Positions 60,909 to 64,000 of a DNA stretch of 64,000 nucleotides are shown piece by piece (within the stretch, counting starts at the first letter, position 1; the number at the start of each line of letters is the position of its first letter). A program made the position numbers and the translations under genes. The notes beneath the pieces are model-generated. The model did not search any database. It saw only the letters and a list, made by a program, of their open reading frames with translations, and was not told the DNA's origin. Origin of the DNA: Gemmatimonadaceae bacterium (lineage in GTDB: Bacteria > Gemmatimonadota > Gemmatimonadetes > Gemmatimonadales > Gemmatimonadaceae); assembly GCA_051859245.1 (NCBI GenBank), contig JBHYGA010000007.1, forward strand, positions 1 to 64,000, in the 5' to 3' direction.

Positions 60909-61837
60909 ATCCCTTGTTGAATCCAGCGCCGCGCCTGATTCTGCTCGCTGTTCTTGCTGCACTCACGGCGTGCGGTGAACCGCCGGCCGACGCGAACGGT
61001 CGCTTTGAATCCACAGAAATCACGGTCAGCAGTGAAACAAGCGGCCCATTGCTCGCGCTCACCGTGCGAGACGGCGATCAGCTAACGGCCGGCGACGTGG
61101 TTGGCGTGATCGATACCGCTCTGCTGGTGCAGTCACGCGATGAGCTTGCGGCGCGAGATCTGGTGATTGCGGCTCGTGGAGACGAAATCGATGCGCAGAC
61201 AAACGTACTGCGCACACAACAGGCGCTGGCAACGCGAGAGCTTGCCCGACTGGAACGACTCGCTGCCGCTGGCGCGGCCACGGCGCAGCAACTTGATCGC
61301 GCTCAGCGCGATGCGGCAACCTACGGTGATCAAATTCTGGCGGCCGGAGCCTCTCGGCGGGCACTCAGCGCCGAACGCAACGCGCTGGCCGCGCAGAATG
61401 CGCTGCTCGTCGAGCGGTTACGGCGTACGCAGGTGATCAGTCCGATCAGTGGCGTGGTGCTCATGCGCTACGTCGAAGCCGGCGAACTGGTGCAGCCTGG
61501 CACTCCGCTCTTCAAGATTGCAGCGCTCGACTCGCTCACACTTCGTGCGTACGTGAGTGACGCGCAGCTTCGAAACGTCAGTGTCGGTCAACTGGCAACC
61601 GTGCAGGTAGACGAGGCGGGCGGTGGGTTTCTGCAGTTGCCCGCCCGGATCACATGGATTGCCAACGCCGCCGAGTTCACGCCAACTCCAATTCAGACAC
61701 GAGAAGAACGGGTGGCGCAGGTGTACGCCTTGACCGCTGTCGTGGCCAATCCGAACGGTCGTCTTCGAATCGGCATGCCGGGCGAACTGCTGTTCACGCC
61801 TCCGGCAACGGCCTCAAACGCTCCAGCGAAAGACTGA
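60905..61837 (+). CDS. HlyD family periplasmic adaptor
   Basis: Lipobox LTAC, SPISGVV, AEFTPTPIQTREER. Confidence 0.9.
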   Translation: MNPLLNPAPRLILLAVLAALTACGEPPADANGRFESTEITVSSETSGPLLALTVRDGDQLTAGDVVGVIDTALLVQSRDELAARDLVIAARGDEIDAQTNVLRTQQALATRELARLERLAAAGAATAQQLDRAQRDAATYGDQILAAGASRRALSAERNALAAQNALLVERLRRTQVISPISGVVLMRYVEAGELVQPGTPLFKIAALDSLTLRAYVSDAQLRNVSVGQLATVQVDEAGGGFLQLPARITWIANAAEFTPTPIQTREERVAQVYALTAVVANPNGRLRIGMPGELLFTPPATASNAPAKD

Positions 61838-61840
61838 GTC

Positions 61841-62797
61841 ATGAGCAGCGAATCGGACGTTGTCGTACACGAGGTCAGCAAACGATTCGGAACGGTTGCC
61901 GCGCTTGATTCGGTGTCATTTCGCACGGGAAATGGCGAACTGTTTGGCCTGATTGGACCGGACGGCGCTGGCAAGACTACGCTGCTTCGTGTGCTCACCA
62001 CGCTTATTGTGCCCGATCGCGGCGCGGCACGTGTGCTGGGCTATGATACGGTCACCGACTATCGCGCACTGCGCCAGCGATTGGGCTACATGCCGGGGCG
62101 CTTCGCGTTGTACCCGGATCTTAGCGTATCAGAGAATCTCGAGTTCTACGCAACAGTGTTCGGTACCACGATCGCCAAGGGAATGCCCGTAATTGCTCCC
62201 GTGTGGACGCAGCTCGAACGATTCAGCGATCGGCGCGCGGGTGCACTGTCCGGCGGTATGAAGCAGAAGCTCGCCCTGTGTTGCGCGCTGGTGCACTCAC
62301 CCGATCTGCTCGTGCTCGACGAACCCACTACGGGCGTGGACGCCGTGTCACGCAACGAATTCTGGGATCTGCTCGGCCGGCTGCGTAACGGCGGGCTGTC
62401 GATCATTGTATCAACGCCCTACATGGATGAGGCTTCGCGCTGCGATCGTGTGGCGTTGATGCACAGCGGCACGCTACGGCGTATTGATACACCAGCGGCG
62501 CTCGCGGCCAGCTACGGCAAGCCACTGTTCGCTGTGCGCGGCAGCAATAAACTCGGAATGCTTGCGGCACTGCGTGCCTTTGCGCACGCAAGTTCGGCGT
62601 GGCCCTTTGGCGAGGTATTGCATTACACCGACCGGCGAACTGGGCTCGACCCACAAACGATCGCTGCCGAGTTGCACGAGCACCTGCAGCAGCTCGGCTT
62701 GTCGGACACGGTACTGACGCCGATTCCCGCGTCAATCGAAGACGTGTTCATGGCGCTTGAACCGGACGCCACATCAAGCGCTGGGATCGCAGCGTGA
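61841..62797 (+). CDS. ABC transporter ATP-binding protein
   Basis: GPDGAGKT, LSGGMKQK, LDEPTTGVD. Confidence 0.93.
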   Translation: MSSESDVVVHEVSKRFGTVAALDSVSFRTGNGELFGLIGPDGAGKTTLLRVLTTLIVPDRGAARVLGYDTVTDYRALRQRLGYMPGRFALYPDLSVSENLEFYATVFGTTIAKGMPVIAPVWTQLERFSDRRAGALSGGMKQKLALCCALVHSPDLLVLDEPTTGVDAVSRNEFWDLLGRLRNGGLSIIVSTPYMDEASRCDRVALMHSGTLRRIDTPAALAASYGKPLFAVRGSNKLGMLAALRAFAHASSAWPFGEVLHYTDRRTGLDPQTIAAELHEHLQQLGLSDTVLTPIPASIEDVFMALEPDATSSAGIAA

Positions 62798-63543
62798 CCT
62801 CGGCCCTCACCGAATCGCTTGCGATAGACGCGAGCGCATTGACCAGACGGTTTGGCGCTTTCACGGCCGTGGACGCGATCACGTTCAGCGTGAAGCGCGG
62901 AGAAGTGTTCGGATTTCTCGGAGCCAATGGTGCGGGTAAGACTACCGCCATGCGCATGCTGATCGGTCTGCTGTCGCCAAGCGAGGGCGGGGCGCTGGTT
63001 GCCGGAATAGATGTGGTGCGCGATCCCGAAGGTGTGCGGCGACGCATTGGATACATGAGTCAGCGTTTCTCGCTTTATGACGACCTGACGGTGCAGGAGA
63101 ACATCACGCTCTTTGGCACCATCTACGGCTTGAATGATCGTGCCATCCGTGAACGCGCTGATCTGCTCCTCGATCGCATCGGCTTACGTCACGCGCGCAA
63201 GGAGCTGGTACGGCGCATTCCGCTCGGCTGGCGTCAGCAGCTCGCGTTTTCTGTCGCGCTGCTTCATGAACCCCAGGTGCTGTTTCTTGATGAGCCCACG
63301 GGCGGTGTGGATCCCATCACGCGTCGTCGCTTCTGGGAACTGATCTATAGTACGGCCGCCGAAGGCACCACCGTGCTCGTGACCACGCACTACCTCGACG
63401 AAGCCGAGTACTGTGATCGCCTCACGATCATGGTAGACGGTGCGATTGCGGTGGCGGGCACGCCAAGCGACGTCAAGCGCACATACAACGCCTCGTCTCT
63501 CGACGATGTATTTCTCCGTCTGACGCGTCCGGCAGTGGTATGA
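62794..63543 (+). CDS. ABC transporter ATP-binding protein
   Basis: GANGAGKT, IPLGWRQ, LDEPTGGVD, TTH. Confidence 0.93.
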   Translation: MTSALTESLAIDASALTRRFGAFTAVDAITFSVKRGEVFGFLGANGAGKTTAMRMLIGLLSPSEGGALVAGIDVVRDPEGVRRRIGYMSQRFSLYDDLTVQENITLFGTIYGLNDRAIRERADLLLDRIGLRHARKELVRRIPLGWRQQLAFSVALLHEPQVLFLDEPTGGVDPITRRRFWELIYSTAAEGTTVLVTTHYLDEAEYCDRLTIMVDGAIAVAGTPSDVKRTYNASSLDDVFLRLTRPAVV

Positions 63544-64000
63544 ATCGCGTGTCTTCAACCCTCGCCGCGCTGCGCGGAATCGTTGTGAAGGAAACGCACC
63601 ACGTGCTGCGGGATCGGCAGACGCTTGTGATTCTGCTCCTCATGCCGCTGGTGCAGGTGCTGCTCTACGGCTACGCCATTCGCACCGACGTTCGTGGGAT
63701 CCGAACCGTGGTGGTGGATCCTACACCGGATGATGCAACGCGCGGACTCACCGCGCGGTTGAGCGCGTCAACGCGACACCAGGTCCTTGAAGTGCAGCCC
63801 ACGACCACCGCACTCGAACAGGGATTCGCCGCCGGTACATGGCGTCAGGCCATCGTGTTGCCTACCGATGTCTCGCGCCGGCTTGCGCGCCGAGAACCGC
63901 TCGCGGTGCAGGTGATCACCGATGGTAGTGATCCCAATGCGGGCAACGCCATGAAAGCGTACGCCGAGGCGATCATTCGTCGATGGTACGTAGAATCAAC
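63540..64000 (+). CDS. ABC-2 type permease (partial, runs off the window)
   Basis: MNRVSS...KETHHVLRDRQTL...MPLVQVLLYGYAI...VQVITDGSDPN; ATGA overlap. Confidence 0.85.
   Translation, partial: MNRVSSTLAALRGIVVKETHHVLRDRQTLVILLLMPLVQVLLYGYAIRTDVRGIRTVVVDPTPDDATRGLTARLSASTRHQVLEVQPTTTALEQGFAAGTWRQAIVLPTDVSRRLARREPLAVQVITDGSDPNAGNAMKAYAEAIIRRWYVES

Overview
GC-rich bacterial chromosomal window; gene content (PEP-CTERM protein, DUF1800/DUF1501 pair, TonB receptor with carboxypeptidase-like N-domain, style of the HisKA kinases) suggests a Gemmatimonadota-like organism (inference). 1-15 kb is mostly core: rho with a long low-complexity N-terminus, TPR-like and AhpD-like genes, polysaccharide deacetylase, class A PBP, rhomboid, serine hydrolase, DUF1501/DUF1800 and bactofilin. 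About 15.4-58 kb is an accessory mosaic with several gene remnants. It holds (i) a five-gene operon with overlapping stop/start codons: two paralogous uncharacterised proteins, DyP peroxidase, an atypical cytochrome P450 and a Ser/Thr kinase-AAA-TPR protein, which is the best candidate for an undescribed system; (ii) a PHP phosphoesterase/purple acid phosphatase/TonB receptor cluster; (iii) a beta-propeller kinase/LuxR pair next to hydrolases and a peroxiredoxin-DsbA fusion broken by one amber codon; (iv) a phosphorelay with no output domain that includes a His-retaining pseudokinase; (v) a general-stress cluster with katE. The window ends in a TetR-TolC-HlyD-ABC efflux operon. Two long rod-like intergenic hairpins and a sigma54 promoter with a structured leader were also seen. 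No rRNA, tRNA, CRISPR array, integrase or transposase was recognised. All calls come from reading motifs by eye; no searches were run.
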